64,000 nt of DNA from Cyanobacteria bacterium P01_F01_bin.150 (GCA_039189765.1 JBCCYL010000021.1:17011-81010); one strand, 5' to 3'; shown: positions 10,418 to 21,145, counted from the stretch's first letter. Made by a program: numbers and translations. The notes: generated from the letters alone by a model not told the origin.

Positions 10418-10431
10418 AATACAAATATACT
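10418..10431 (-). promoter_or_regulatory. Probable LexA box in the divergent recA/xseA promoter region
   Basis: Minus strand AGTATATTTGTATT, two mismatches to the cyanobacterial LexA consensus RGTACNNNDGTWCB; located upstream of recA. Confidence 0.6.
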
Positions 10432-10499
10432 AAACTATTGTATATAATATTCAGATTGTTACGGTAAATTAATCAAAAAATGATTCTGGCCCGAAATTA

Positions 10500-11753
10500 A
10501 TGTCTACTACCTTACCCCATCTAATTGTTCATGACGCCCCATTATCAGTGGCGGGGGTGACGCTCTACATTCAGGACCTGCTAGAACAGGATAATCGTTT
10601 ACAGCAGATATGGGTTGCCGGGGAAGTTTCCAGTGCCAATCAATATCGTAGTGGCCTGTTCTTTACCTTGCAAGACCCAGATGCGGATGCAGCAATCAAC
10701 TGTGTGCTGTGGAATAGCCAGTTAGCTCAGATTGCGACAATGCCGATAGTGGGAGAGAAGGTAATCGTCTTGGGGCGTTTACGTCTTCATCGTAAACGAG
10801 GCACGTATCAGCTCAATATTTGGCAGGTGTTGCCTGGCGGAGAAGGCTTACGGTCCTTGCGGAATCGTCAGTTACGCCAGAGGCTAGAGGCGGAAGGACT
10901 CTTTGATTCAGCACGCAAGCGATCGCTTCCATCCCATCCCCAAACTCTGGCCGTAGTCACGTCTCCTCAAGCCGCCGCATGGGGAGATATTCAGCGAACC
11001 TTAAAACGGCGTTATCCTGGCCTCACTGTCTTATTTTCCCCAGCCCTAGTCCAAGGGAATCAAGCTCCAAAGTCAATTATCAAAGCGATCCAGCGAGTGG
11101 AACGCGATGGTCGAGCACAGATTCTAATTATTTCCCGAGGGGGCGGCGCTACTGAAGATATGGAGTGTTTTAATGATGAGAGAGTAGTGAGGGCAATCTC
11201 CGAATGTTCGATTCCTGTAATCTCAGGTATTGGCCATCAAAGAGATGAATCTCTAGCGGATTTGGTCGCCGATTTACATGTTCACACCCCCACCGCTGCT
11301 GCCGAACGTGCAGTCCCGTTATTATCAGATTTGATTCATAATCATCAGGAACGTCGATTAGCCCTGGCCCAAGCCCTCCACTGCCACGTTCGAGAGACGC
11401 AAGATTATTTGCACCATCTCCAAGATCGACTACGGCGATCGCGAGTTGATGAAAAAGTATCCCATTCTATTCAAGATCTCCAATGGAAAAAGCAGCGGCT
11501 AACCCACGCCCTGTATCAGCACTTAGACCAGGCAGAACACCATTGTCAGCTATTGCACCAGCAGCTTAGCGACTTAGACCCCACGACTATCCTGCAAAGA
11601 GGCTATGCTCTGGCCCGCCAACCTGATGGCAACATTGTTCGCTCAGTCCAGACCGTTTATCCAAACGATCAACTCCATATTCAACTTGCCGATGGCGAGA
11701 TGAGCGTCACCGTTGACCGGGTCATGAACAATGCCGATATTGGCGAAAGCTAG
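10500..11753 (+). CDS. xseA: Exodeoxyribonuclease VII large subunit
   Basis: N-terminal OB fold (WVAGEVS, FFTLQD), RGGG, SGIGHQRD, HTPTAAAE, LQRGYA. Confidence 0.97.
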   Translation: MSTTLPHLIVHDAPLSVAGVTLYIQDLLEQDNRLQQIWVAGEVSSANQYRSGLFFTLQDPDADAAINCVLWNSQLAQIATMPIVGEKVIVLGRLRLHRKRGTYQLNIWQVLPGGEGLRSLRNRQLRQRLEAEGLFDSARKRSLPSHPQTLAVVTSPQAAAWGDIQRTLKRRYPGLTVLFSPALVQGNQAPKSIIKAIQRVERDGRAQILIISRGGGATEDMECFNDERVVRAISECSIPVISGIGHQRDESLADLVADLHVHTPTAAAERAVPLLSDLIHNHQERRLALAQALHCHVRETQDYLHHLQDRLRRSRVDEKVSHSIQDLQWKKQRLTHALYQHLDQAEHHCQLLHQQLSDLDPTTILQRGYALARQPDGNIVRSVQTVYPNDQLHIQLADGEMSVTVDRVMNNADIGES

Positions 11754-11897
11754 AATTTGAAAGTTTTTTTAGGAATTGAGAATTCCATAACCCCTTTATT
11801 GATATGTCTGCTCTCTTGAGCGTCTATGTGGTAAATCTTCAGCGTTCGTTTAATTAAATTTTGTTTTTATCCTCTTCTTTATTGGAGCATCAATTTT

Positions 11898-12125
11898 ATG
11901 GATCACCTATCTAAAGAACTTAAGGAATGGAAATATGAGTCGGCTGTTGAAACAGTAGAAGACATTATCAAAAATATTGAATCAGGCGATATGGAGTTGG
12001 CGGCAATTTTTGATCAATTTGCGATCGCAGTTGAACATCTGCAGGCCTGTGAAACTTTCTTGAAGCATCATCGCCAACAGGTAGATCTCCTAGTTGAGAC
12101 ATTAACAGATGAAGCGAACTTTTAG
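11898..12125 (+). CDS. xseB: Exodeoxyribonuclease VII small subunit
   Basis: YESAVETVEDIIKNIESGDMEL...CETFL; directly downstream of xseA. Confidence 0.92.
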   Translation: MDHLSKELKEWKYESAVETVEDIIKNIESGDMELAAIFDQFAIAVEHLQACETFLKHHRQQVDLLVETLTDEANF

Positions 12126-12298
12126 CGGTTTTTTGGGGGCTAAAAGCACATGCAGCTTAGATAACTAGTCTATGATTCTGTCATATTGCGCAATGAAACA
12201 GATAATGGTTGTAATACGAAGCATCAACCTAAAGCTGCTACTCGCACTTTGACATCCACCCCGATGGGTTGGCTTCTGGTTCAAACCCATACAGTCAT

Positions 12299-14272
12299 AT
12301 GCTTGTTTCGCCGTACCAACAGTTTCCCTTTTCGGTTCCTCGAACTTTCTCTGAGTTCTTCTCAATCGTCCAGCGTGCATTTCTGGCAACTCATCACCCT
12401 AAAGTTGCACCTTCCAAAAGCGATCAGGAATTAAACTATGGGGCTCAAGCAGGTAGGGCAAAACCCAACATTTATGCGCTCCCCAAGGCTTCCGGCCATG
12501 AGTCATCACGAGCCAAGGGGCTTGATGCATCTGCATTAAAGCTTGTTAGTATATCGTTGCCGCTTGTGCTTCCCCGCAATAATGTTGATCCTGATTTTGC
12601 TAATGATGTCAGTACATCTACTCCAACTCTATCTTTATTGGCGGCACTAGAAATCCTATCAAAACCAACAGAACAGCATTTTTATTGGGAAAAACAAAAT
12701 ATTGGGGATGCCATTGCCGCAGTCGGATGTGTGGTGGAACAACAGATATCGGGGATCAATATCAATCTAGAAAACATTGTGGGGGACAAGACGGACACCG
12801 ATCGCTTTATTCAAACCCAACAAATTTTAGATAAATGGTTTGCTGCAACGACAGTATTGGGTGCATTGGATGTTCCATTTGCAGGCCCTCATGCCTTTTG
12901 CCGATTTACTTTCTTTGATCAAGGGCTAAATGGAATCACTAATCATCCTTTTCCACCTGCCAGTGTTTTTATTCCCAAATGGCATATTGGCCAACATCAT
13001 AATCAGCGAGTGTTTGTTGCCAATATTGCTCGGACAAAACCACATAGGGAGGAAATCCAACAATTGAGGCAAAAATGTCTGGACCTTTGGCAGATTTATC
13101 AACAGTTGCAGCAATCGCTTGACACTCCGCAAATAACAATATCAAACCCAACATTCTGCCGCAGAGGTGCTTCAGCCCATCAGTCGCCTGTAGCATTGCC
13201 TATAAGTGGCGACGCTCTTCATCCTGAATTCGATCGCATCACTTCAGCAACCACTTCCTCCTCCATTTTTCAACCAGCCGCATTATCCTTGGTTCTCTGT
13301 CGGGAAATAGAAGATTTAGACGGCTCTTGGGAGTTTACTCTGCAACATAAATCTAATGAGATACTGGCCGCTAATCCTTTGAGCACAGATTCTTTGGGCA
13401 CAGATTCTTTGAGTGTAGATTCTTCTAACGTTTGCTTGTCTAGTACCGTGTTCTTTCGCTTGCCCAGTCAGCAGAAAGACGCGTTCAAACAGTCTGTTCA
13501 AGCGGCCCTGGAAGTAATAGAAACAACAGATATAGAAAAAGTCGTTCTAGCTCAACATTTTGATGTGGAGGTAGACACGCCCTTTCAGGTTTTTCCCTCA
13601 CTTCATAACTTGCGCACGGGCCATAAAGACTGTCATATTTTTTCCACTGCCAATGGTCAAGGTCAGGTTTTTCTGGGGGCAAGTCCAGAGCGCTTGCTGA
13701 GCATACGCGATCGCACTCTCTACACGGAAGCGATCGCAGGCTCCGCTCCCCGTGGAACCACTCCAGCAGCCGACGAGAAGCTGGGCCATAGTCTTCTCGG
13801 CAACATCAAAGAACTGCATGAGCATCAGCTTGTGGTTAATTATCTAACCCAACAGTTAACTGAGCTTAAGCTTGAACCCCAGCGATCGCCTTTTCCAAAA
13901 CTCCTACAGCTTCCCAATATTCAGCATCTTCATACCCCTATTTCAGCTAAGCTCCCCCTTGACCTTAATGCCCTCGACATTGTTAGTCACCTTCATCCTA
14001 CTCCAGCCGTTGCTGGAGTCCCTCAGGATGTCGCATGTGAGCTGATTCAGCAGCAAGAGGCCTTTGAGCGATCGCTCTATGCTGCCCCCATTGGTTGGAT
14101 CAACTATCAAGGGGACAGCGAATTTATTGTCGGCATTCGCTCTGCCCTGCTTGACGGCCACACCTCTCGCCTCTACGCCGGAGCAGGAATTGTGCAGGGA
14201 TCCGAGCCTAACCTGGAAGCCTCAGAAATTGAGCTAAAGCTCCAAGCTATGTTAACGACTCTTTTGTTTTAG
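12299..14272 (+). CDS. menF: Isochorismate synthase (phylloquinone pathway), enlarged by low-complexity insertions
   Basis: EKVVLA, FLGASPERL, EAIAGS, KELHEH, NIQHL, LHPTPAVAG, IRSA, YAGAGIV; ATG 12299 preferred over TTG 12269. Confidence 0.9.
   Translation: MLVSPYQQFPFSVPRTFSEFFSIVQRAFLATHHPKVAPSKSDQELNYGAQAGRAKPNIYALPKASGHESSRAKGLDASALKLVSISLPLVLPRNNVDPDFANDVSTSTPTLSLLAALEILSKPTEQHFYWEKQNIGDAIAAVGCVVEQQISGININLENIVGDKTDTDRFIQTQQILDKWFAATTVLGALDVPFAGPHAFCRFTFFDQGLNGITNHPFPPASVFIPKWHIGQHHNQRVFVANIARTKPHREEIQQLRQKCLDLWQIYQQLQQSLDTPQITISNPTFCRRGASAHQSPVALPISGDALHPEFDRITSATTSSSIFQPAALSLVLCREIEDLDGSWEFTLQHKSNEILAANPLSTDSLGTDSLSVDSSNVCLSSTVFFRLPSQQKDAFKQSVQAALEVIETTDIEKVVLAQHFDVEVDTPFQVFPSLHNLRTGHKDCHIFSTANGQGQVFLGASPERLLSIRDRTLYTEAIAGSAPRGTTPAADEKLGHSLLGNIKELHEHQLVVNYLTQQLTELKLEPQRSPFPKLLQLPNIQHLHTPISAKLPLDLNALDIVSHLHPTPAVAGVPQDVACELIQQQEAFERSLYAAPIGWINYQGDSEFIVGIRSALLDGHTSRLYAGAGIVQGSEPNLEASEIELKLQAMLTTLLF
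13377..13421 (+). repeat. Three 15-bp tandem units CTTTGRGYRYAGATT within the menF insertion
   Basis: Read directly; encodes LSTDS LGTDS LSVDS. Confidence 0.85.
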
Positions 14273-14318
14273 ACTCCTAATATTTTAAGGATTTCGTTGT
14301 GAGGCAAAATAAAATTAA

Positions 14319-14366
14319 GGGTGGAGTGGACGCATCGCGCCTACTCCACCCGACTAAAGTCGATAC
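14319..14366 (+). repeat. Dispersed palindromic element family A, copy 1
   Basis: GGGTGGAGTGGACGC-ATC-GCGCCTACTCCACCC hairpin followed by GACTAAAGTCGATAC; between convergent menF and pfkA. Confidence 0.8.
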
Positions 14367-14379
14367 CCTGTTTTAAGTT

Positions 14380-15462
14380 TTAAGAGCCTAAGCAAATTCC
14401 CAATCCCCGTGCCGTTTTTACTAGCGTTCCGTCAGGATCGACGCTGCGATATTCGGCGATTGCTTCCTCAATCGGCACATGAATAACCTGACGATTTTGC
14501 CAAGCCACCATGCGATCATATTTTTCCTCAGCAATTAAATCCACCGCCGCCACGCCAAACGAACTGGCCAATAATCGGTCTAGGGGGGAAGGCGTTCCTC
14601 CTCTTTGGACATGTCCTAATGTCGTTACCCGGGTTTCAGCCCCACTACATTTAGAAATAGCCTCGGCTAGATTTTGACCAATCCCTCCCAATCGACATTG
14701 CCCCAGACTATTCGTGTTCATGACCGCTTCTCCCGCCTCAGTCTTAACCGCCTCTGCCACAATCGCCAAGGTAAAGTTCTGCCCTCGCTCTTTACGTTCG
14801 TGAATCTTGCGACAAATATTTTCAATCGTGTAGGGGATTTCTGGAATGAGAATCACATGGGCACCGCCTGCAATTCCAGCGCTGATAGCAATATGGCCTG
14901 CATCTCGCCCCATCACTTCCAGGAGCATAACCCGACTATGGCTGGCAGCAGTGAAGTGCAGCCGATCCAGGGCTTCCGTAGCCGTATTTACTGCCGTATC
15001 AAAGCCTACTGAGCGCTCTGTACTGCCCAAATCATTATCAATCGTTTTGGGAATCCCCACCAGGTTCATGCCGCCTTCCTGAGCCAAGCGTCGCAAAATT
15101 GCCAAACTGCCGTCTCCCCCGATGCCGATTACGGCATCAAGGCCCAGCCGTCGGTAGCCCTCGGCAATTTCTTGAGAACGATTTATCTCCGAGCCATCAG
15201 ACATCGGATAGGCAAACGGATTGCCTTTATTGGTGGTTCCTAGGATGGTCCCCCCTGCCGTCAGAATAGAGTCAACCTGCTTAATATCCAGCGCCACAAA
15301 TTCGGGTGGGCGATTCATCAATCCTTGGGTCGCACGGCAAATACCTAAGACTTCCCACTTATAATGGCCCACTGCTCGCCTAACCACTGCCCGAATCACA
15401 GCATTGAGGCCAGCGCAATCTCCACCACTGGTGAGAATACCAATTCGCTTAGGATGTGTCAT
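14380..15462 (-). CDS. pfkA: ATP-dependent 6-phosphofructokinase
   Basis: TSGGDCAGLN, GGTILGT, GGDGS, PKTIDND, EVMGRDAG, LGHVQRGG. Confidence 0.97.
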   Translation of the reverse strand: MTHPKRIGILTSGGDCAGLNAVIRAVVRRAVGHYKWEVLGICRATQGLMNRPPEFVALDIKQVDSILTAGGTILGTTNKGNPFAYPMSDGSEINRSQEIAEGYRRLGLDAVIGIGGDGSLAILRRLAQEGGMNLVGIPKTIDNDLGSTERSVGFDTAVNTATEALDRLHFTAASHSRVMLLEVMGRDAGHIAISAGIAGGAHVILIPEIPYTIENICRKIHERKERGQNFTLAIVAEAVKTEAGEAVMNTNSLGQCRLGGIGQNLAEAISKCSGAETRVTTLGHVQRGGTPSPLDRLLASSFGVAAVDLIAEEKYDRMVAWQNRQVIHVPIEEAIAEYRSVDPDGTLVKTARGLGICLGS

Positions 15463-15810
15463 AGTTCTCCTGATATTGGTCTTGTTTGAGAGTCTAGAAT
15501 CTGCAAGATCTAGGATTTAGCGACGTGGTACAGTCAGCAGCGCTGACTACCACAATAAAGATGCAAGAAACAGGCTATTTCCCTTAAGATCCTGTACGTA
15601 AGTGGTCGGTAACACCGACTACTTACATTAAAAAGTGCAAGAAACACAACATGTTTCTTTGGAGGAGGATGCATACTCAACCAGTAGACCAAGTGGTGGA
15701 CCGGGTTAGGACGGGCTTAATCCTTTTTCTAGAAAATTGTCATTGTTTGCTAACAGCAGTCTTTAAACAGACATATTTCCTTACATGCCAGGCTCTTTCA
15801 ACCTGAAGAA

Positions 15811-15840
15811 TTGAGGTAAATCCCAGGAGATTTACCTCAA
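15811..15840 (-). terminator. Hairpin downstream of proB, probable intrinsic terminator
   Basis: Perfect 12-bp inverted repeat TTGAGGTAAATC/GATTTACCTCAA, 20 nt after the proB stop. Confidence 0.6.
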
Positions 15841-15860
15841 AATTAAAACTTGAGGAAGCA

Positions 15861-17021
15861 CTAGCTCAAAACTAAGTTGTCACGATGGATAACAGTCTCT
15901 GCTCCCTCATAGCCAAGAATTTCAGGGATTTTTACAGATTTTTGCCCTTGAATTTTCGTCAGCTCGACATTGCTGTAGTTGACAATTCCTCGGGCAATTT
16001 CAGTGCCAGTGCGATCGCACACCTGAACCGCATCATTGGCCTGAAATTCCCCTTCTACCCCGGTTATCCCCGCTGCCAAAAGTGATTTTCCTCCATGCCG
16101 TACTGCGTTGACTGCACCAGTATCCAAATACACTTTGCCCAGGGCAATCAGTCCATGGGCAATCCAACGCTTGCGGGCATTGGCGGGTCGAGGCTGGGGA
16201 TTAAATTGAGTGCCCAAGGATTCGCCTTGGAGAATTTTGAGAATGTTTTGGGGAGACTGACCGTCAGTAATTACCATCCGTACCCCTGAAGTCGTGGCAA
16301 TCCGGGCTGCGGCCATTTTAGTCACCATGCCTCCGGTTCCCCAGGCTGAACCGCGATCGCCCACATCAATCCCCATGGCAACCAGTTGATCCATACATTC
16401 CACTGTCTCAATTGGCTGGGCATCAGGCACTGTACGCGGATCGGCTGAATATAGTCGATCTACGTCCGTTAATAAAAATAACCAATCGGCCTCCACGACG
16501 CTGGCCACTAATGCTGATAACGTATCGTTATCGCCAAATTTTAGTTCCTCTACCGCCAACGTATCGTTTTCATTCACAATGGGCACTACTCCCAATTCCA
16601 ATAATTGCTGAAATGTACGATAGGCATTTACATAGCGATGACGCTGGACTAAATCACCCCGGGTCAGCAATACCTGAGCAATGGGCTGGCGGAACACTGA
16701 GAACAAATCATCATATACTCGCATTAGCCTCCCTTGTCCCACCGCTGCCACCGCCTGCTTCATCGCCATAGACTTAGGCCGCTCTTGCAATCCCAAACGG
16801 GTGCAGCCTACTCCTACAGCCCCAGAGGAGACTAGGACTACTTGGTGCCCTTGACGACAAAGCAAACAAAGCACTTCTACTAATGACGTGATAGTGGATA
16901 GCGCTAGAAAGCCTGTTTCCGCGTTGGTAAGACTAGACGTACCGATTTTGACCACAATATTTTGGGGCACATCATGGTGGTGGAAATCGGAGGATGTGGG
17001 AATACTAGATGCCTGAGACAT
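15861..17021 (-). CDS. proB: Glutamate 5-kinase with C-terminal PUA domain
   Basis: [49 protein letters not shown]. Confidence 0.98.
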   Translation of the reverse strand: MSQASSIPTSSDFHHHDVPQNIVVKIGTSSLTNAETGFLALSTITSLVEVLCLLCRQGHQVVLVSSGAVGVGCTRLGLQERPKSMAMKQAVAAVGQGRLMRVYDDLFSVFRQPIAQVLLTRGDLVQRHRYVNAYRTFQQLLELGVVPIVNENDTLAVEELKFGDNDTLSALVASVVEADWLFLLTDVDRLYSADPRTVPDAQPIETVECMDQLVAMGIDVGDRGSAWGTGGMVTKMAAARIATTSGVRMVITDGQSPQNILKILQGESLGTQFNPQPRPANARKRWIAHGLIALGKVYLDTGAVNAVRHGGKSLLAAGITGVEGEFQANDAVQVCDRTGTEIARGIVNYSNVELTKIQGQKSVKIPEILGYEGAETVIHRDNLVLS

Positions 17022-17078
17022 ATTGGATCAGAAATGACAGACAGAACACCCTTATCAAAGCATGAGTTCTAAACATTA

Positions 17079-17117
17079 CAAAGCGCTGAACACCTATGGG
17101 CGGAGTTCAGCGCTTTG
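17079..17117. terminator. 13-bp inverted repeat between yqeG and proB (terminator or mRNA stabiliser)
   Basis: CAAAGCGCTGAAC...GTTCAGCGCTTTG. Confidence 0.45.
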
Positions 17118-17298
17118 AGCGTATTCAATAGATTTTATTCCCTAGGGTCTAATATAAGGTGACCCCATTTATGATCTCATTATCGCCAACGAAAAACGAA
17201 TACCCCAAAAAACTAATGTTTTCTTTATATTTAGAACTGCAACTATTGATTGTGAATAATTTAGAAATGTAACAACACTTCTTTTCGCGATTTTTCCC

Positions 17299-17829
17299 CT
17301 AAGGGGATGGCTTTACTGAAACGCCCAATAGCTCAGAGACCCAGATTTCGGTATTGCGGATAGCCTGTTTAGGCGATGGGCGATTATCCTCTTCGATGGG
17401 TTCAACCCAAATGGTTAACATTCCTAGGCGATTCCCCGCTAGAACATCGGTAAAAAGGCGATCGCCCACCATAGCCACCTCTGCTGCGGGAAGATTCATT
17501 GCTGTCAACGCCTGCCGTAATTTGCGGCGCGATGGTTTGAGGGCTCCAGCTAAGTAGGGTACATCCATGGATTCAGCAATAGCCCGAATCCGAGCGTCAC
17601 TGGTGTTATTGCTAACTAACCATAGGGACACCAATGGCTTGATCTGCTCCAACCATGCTTTCAGATCTCCAGAAATAGCCGACCTTCGAAAGGGTACTAA
17701 TGTTTCGTCAACATCTAGAATCATGCCCTTTAACCCGTAAGCTTTAAGGAGATCAGGCGTAAGTCCCAAGATCGTTTGTCCCAGAACAACATTAGGCTGC
17801 AACAGTGTTTTAGAAAACATTCGGAACAA
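17299..17829 (-). CDS. YqeG-family HAD IIIA phosphatase
   Basis: ILDVDETL, LVSNN, KPSRR, MVGDRLFTDVLAGNRLG. Confidence 0.93.
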   Translation of the reverse strand: MFRMFSKTLLQPNVVLGQTILGLTPDLLKAYGLKGMILDVDETLVPFRRSAISGDLKAWLEQIKPLVSLWLVSNNTSDARIRAIAESMDVPYLAGALKPSRRKLRQALTAMNLPAAEVAMVGDRLFTDVLAGNRLGMLTIWVEPIEEDNRPSPKQAIRNTEIWVSELLGVSVKPSP

Positions 17830-17857
17830 TCATAAAATCAACATGATCTAGGCTATC

Positions 17858-18967
17858 CTATGAATCCTCTTCCCAAGGCTTTTCCCCTGCCTTTATTTTC
17901 GCTCCAACACTATTTTTAGCCGATTCATGCTGACTGAGGGTCGAACTAAAAATATGGGTGCCATCAAAACGGGCCATAAAATAGAGAAATTCTGTTTCGC
18001 CAGGATTTAAGGACGCTTCTAAACTAGCCAGTCCGGGGGCGGCGATCGCGCCTGGAGGTAACCCCACGTTAATGTACGTATTGTAAGGGTGAGGCGTTCC
18101 CACCTCTGCATAGGTTAAGGGGCGATCAGGAGTTTGCTTGATCCCAAACGCGTACTCTACGGTTGGATCGGTTGCCAATGGAATGCCTTCTCGCAAACGA
18201 CGAGCAAACACCGCAGCAATGGTGGGCCGTTCTTCTTGAATGACGGCTTCCCGTTCCACAATGCTAGCAAGCGTTACCCACTCCAATAATGAATACGGCG
18301 ATTGGGCTTCATTCTCTTGGTAAATGGGCAAAGCAGTTTGCTCAAACTGCCGGAGCATCTGCTCTACAATCATCTCAGGAGTAGGGTTGTCAGCAATATG
18401 ATACGTGGATGGAAACAAAAAACCCTCCACATTTGCTCCTTTGGAAGTAATAGTCTTCTCTGGAAGCCAAGGATATTGCTCCCGCGTAACGTTACGAGTA
18501 GCGGCCATAAAGTCTGCCGCACTAAACCAGCCCAGTTCTTCGAAATACTGGCCCATTTGAGTCACCGCCCACCCTTCTGGAATAGTGAAACTCGTTTTGA
18601 GAACATCACCAGCCCATATTTGATTAGCAATGGTATTCAGAGGCAGTGAAGGCGATAGGGCATAGGTCCCAGCTAAAAATCCCCCCTCACGGTTTTGAAC
18701 CGTTTGCCATTTTGTCCAAAGATTCCATGCGTGGGCTGAACGAATTACTTTTGAATCAACTAAGAGCGTACCTATTTGCTGCGCAGACGTTCCATCTGGA
18801 ATATCTACAACCGAAACTTTAGCGGCATCCGCAAGTAACTCATCTTGCTCAATGACAGATGAACTTGCCCAGCTCCACCATAACCACCCCTGCCAACCAA
18901 ACGTTCCTAACGTTAAAGGCAGGAAAAGCAAATAGAAAAAATACCTGCCAATACGAACTCGTCCCAT
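17858..18967 (-). CDS. mltG: Endolytic transglycosylase MltG
   Basis: N-terminal TM helix, TIPEGW, EGFLFPSTY, LASIVERE, DPTVEY, YNTY, GLPPGAIAAPG. Confidence 0.95.
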   Translation of the reverse strand: MGRVRIGRYFFYLLFLPLTLGTFGWQGWLWWSWASSSVIEQDELLADAAKVSVVDIPDGTSAQQIGTLLVDSKVIRSAHAWNLWTKWQTVQNREGGFLAGTYALSPSLPLNTIANQIWAGDVLKTSFTIPEGWAVTQMGQYFEELGWFSAADFMAATRNVTREQYPWLPEKTITSKGANVEGFLFPSTYHIADNPTPEMIVEQMLRQFEQTALPIYQENEAQSPYSLLEWVTLASIVEREAVIQEERPTIAAVFARRLREGIPLATDPTVEYAFGIKQTPDRPLTYAEVGTPHPYNTYINVGLPPGAIAAPGLASLEASLNPGETEFLYFMARFDGTHIFSSTLSQHESAKNSVGAKIKAGEKPWEEDS

Positions 18968-18985
18968 AAAAAATAATTAAATAAA

Positions 18986-19564
18986 TTACAGCTCGTCAAA
19001 CAACTGGTCCTCTAATTGAGGGCGAATTGCCTCAAACTCTTCAGGTTCGAGTACAATTGGTTTCCCATTTTGCTCTAAACGTACAAAAATAAGCAAGGGA
19101 TTAAGGGGGGTATAAATCACATATTCCTGCTCTTCATGAAAAAAGTTAGCCAGGATTTGGAAATCTTCCGATTCCAGTTCTCCTGATTCATCGCTAAGGT
19201 CCAAGGTCACAATATCATTGTCGTCTGGCTCAGGCAGATCCCCCTTAGCCGTTAAAGTAAGAGCGGTCTGTGTGAGTTCCATCTCTTGTTCGGCAAGAAC
19301 AGCACGGGCAGTTCGGAAAATAACGTCTACCTCATTATCCTCTAGGTCTACTAAAGACTCTTCCCCCTCTTCCCATGCGAAAATTTCTACTGGGACATCG
19401 ATAGGCAGGAGTAATGCATAATTGTCCCCGCCAATTTCCATCGATCGTTCAACATAACAATCAATGGTTCGACCCATAGCGTCAGTAATCACCATGGTTT
19501 TTGGACTGGGGCTAGTCGATTCTCCAGATGTTCCATTGGAGTTTGATCCTATAAATTTATTCAT
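18986..19564 (-). CDS. Conserved acidic cyanobacterial protein (DUF3727/DUF1292-like)
   Basis: GRTIDCYVE, YALLLPIDVPVEIFAW, AVLAE, YVIYTPLNP; usual neighbour of mltG; ATG 19564 preferred over GTG 19666. Confidence 0.8.
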   Translation of the reverse strand: MNKFIGSNSNGTSGESTSPSPKTMVITDAMGRTIDCYVERSMEIGGDNYALLLPIDVPVEIFAWEEGEESLVDLEDNEVDVIFRTARAVLAEQEMELTQTALTLTAKGDLPEPDDNDIVTLDLSDESGELESEDFQILANFFHEEQEYVIYTPLNPLLIFVRLEQNGKPIVLEPEEFEAIRPQLEDQLFDEL

Positions 19565-19832
19565 GAAATACCTATCTGCCTCAGCAGTGAAGCTATAGTT
19601 CTCGACCACGCTGCCAGTGACAACAGCTACAGGCATTGTAAGATTGTCACTATATGGAATGTACACCGAATAAGAGCAATCTAGCCAATTATTAAGGCCG
19701 TCAAGATGAGCCTAGCCATTATTAGCTCTGGTCGTCATCAAAAGAAAATCCTATCGCACGGGTATATTATCAGGTTAAAGTCAGCATGCACTATAGAGTT
19801 CAGCATTCTAAGCCTACTATCCTTACATAACA

Positions 19833-19881
19833 ATTAGACGGGTAAATAGAGGCTAAAGCTCACTCCATTTACCCGTCTAAT
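19833..19881 (-). terminator. Hairpin downstream of pex
   Basis: Perfect 15-bp inverted repeat ATTAGACGGGTAAAT/ATTTACCCGTCTAAT. Confidence 0.6.
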
Positions 19882-19912
19882 AAATTGGTTAAATTAAAGT
19901 TAAGAAACCAAG

Positions 19913-20311
19913 CTACACAACATCACTTTTCGCAGGGTGGCTCCCAACGGAAAGCAAAACTTTGGGAGTATTTCGGCTAACATACTCTTGCCAAAGATGA
20001 GCCAACTCACGAGCCTCTCTCTGCCATTCTGGACAGACTTGATACATTCGCCGAGGTCGCCCTCGGCCTTCCACCTTTTTCCAATAACCAGTGATTGTAA
20101 GCTTGTCTTCCAAAAACTTCAACGCACTATATAAAACAGTGTCAGACAAACGGTAGGACGGATACTCGTGTTCCAGCAACTGGATCAATTCAGTGCCGTA
20201 AGAGTCTTGCTTTAGTAAAACGGCTAAGACGTAACAGACAGCAAGCTCTTTGTTGAGATAAAACGGAGGTGGATTACGGAAAAATTGATAGATATCTTCA
20301 AAAGACGTCAT
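19913..20311 (-). CDS. pex: PadR-family regulator Pex (circadian period extender)
   Basis: FEDIYQFFRNPPP, ELAVCYVL, SYGTELI, RLSDTVLYSALKFLE, GRGRPRRMY. Confidence 0.9.
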   Translation of the reverse strand: MTSFEDIYQFFRNPPPFYLNKELAVCYVLAVLLKQDSYGTELIQLLEHEYPSYRLSDTVLYSALKFLEDKLTITGYWKKVEGRGRPRRMYQVCPEWQREARELAHLWQEYVSRNTPKVLLSVGSHPAKSDVV

Positions 20312-21145
20312 CGTATCTCATCCTAAGGGTGTGAGGAATATCGGCAATTTGGCATTTCAGGAACACTGGTCTAAAGGATGGAAATAGATTGCGTAGGAAT
20401 AGGAATTCAATCTATCGCAGCCCACACATTCCAAGTCCTTTAGAAAAAAGTACATGAACCCATCTAAAACATTACCTAATCGTTTCATAAGGGAACGACA
20501 GCTATGGCAAAAACTAATTGGCCAGAATAACGAGAAATATACGCATCGCCCTTATTAGGCTTGCACACTCTCATTCTAGTCACTCCAAACTGATTTCGTC
20601 TGTTATTTCTTCTAATTTAATGAACGGTCTTAGCATAGACACATATCATCATGATTTCTTATTTTTTATTTAACCCAACTCTGGATAATACGGCCAAACG
20701 TAAAACGATTCGATACTCACCAAACCCTAGCTTATAAAAAATTAGCTTACTGTAAATGAACATCTAATCAGCAACAATGCTTGCAATGTACCTAATTTTA
20801 GTTTCAAGGTTTCAAAAAAATGAGATTGTGCAAAAACTCTACCATCGTGCAGATAATAGCTCTACGCGATGAAGCCGACCTTTTAAGGTCAGGCTATAGT
20901 ACATGTAAATCAAATGAATGTTCATTATTTTTTGTCTAAATTTATTTGGCAGAGTGCAGATCAATCTAATCCGCATCTCAATAGGATTGGCTCAACCGCT
21001 TCTTTTTGTTGAGTCATTTAGCAAGAGGTGGCATGATACAGTTTCTGACTCCCAGATCTTTTTAGCCTCTATTTATCGTGTAGACGGCTGGAAAGGTAAT
21101 ATGTTCCTGCCACGTTAATTCTTCCATTCTGTTACCTGAGGCATA

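Noticed and set aside
20918..21118. 66-aa ORF upstream of hisIE
   Set aside because: No RBS or motif; lies in the divergent pex/hisIE promoter region.
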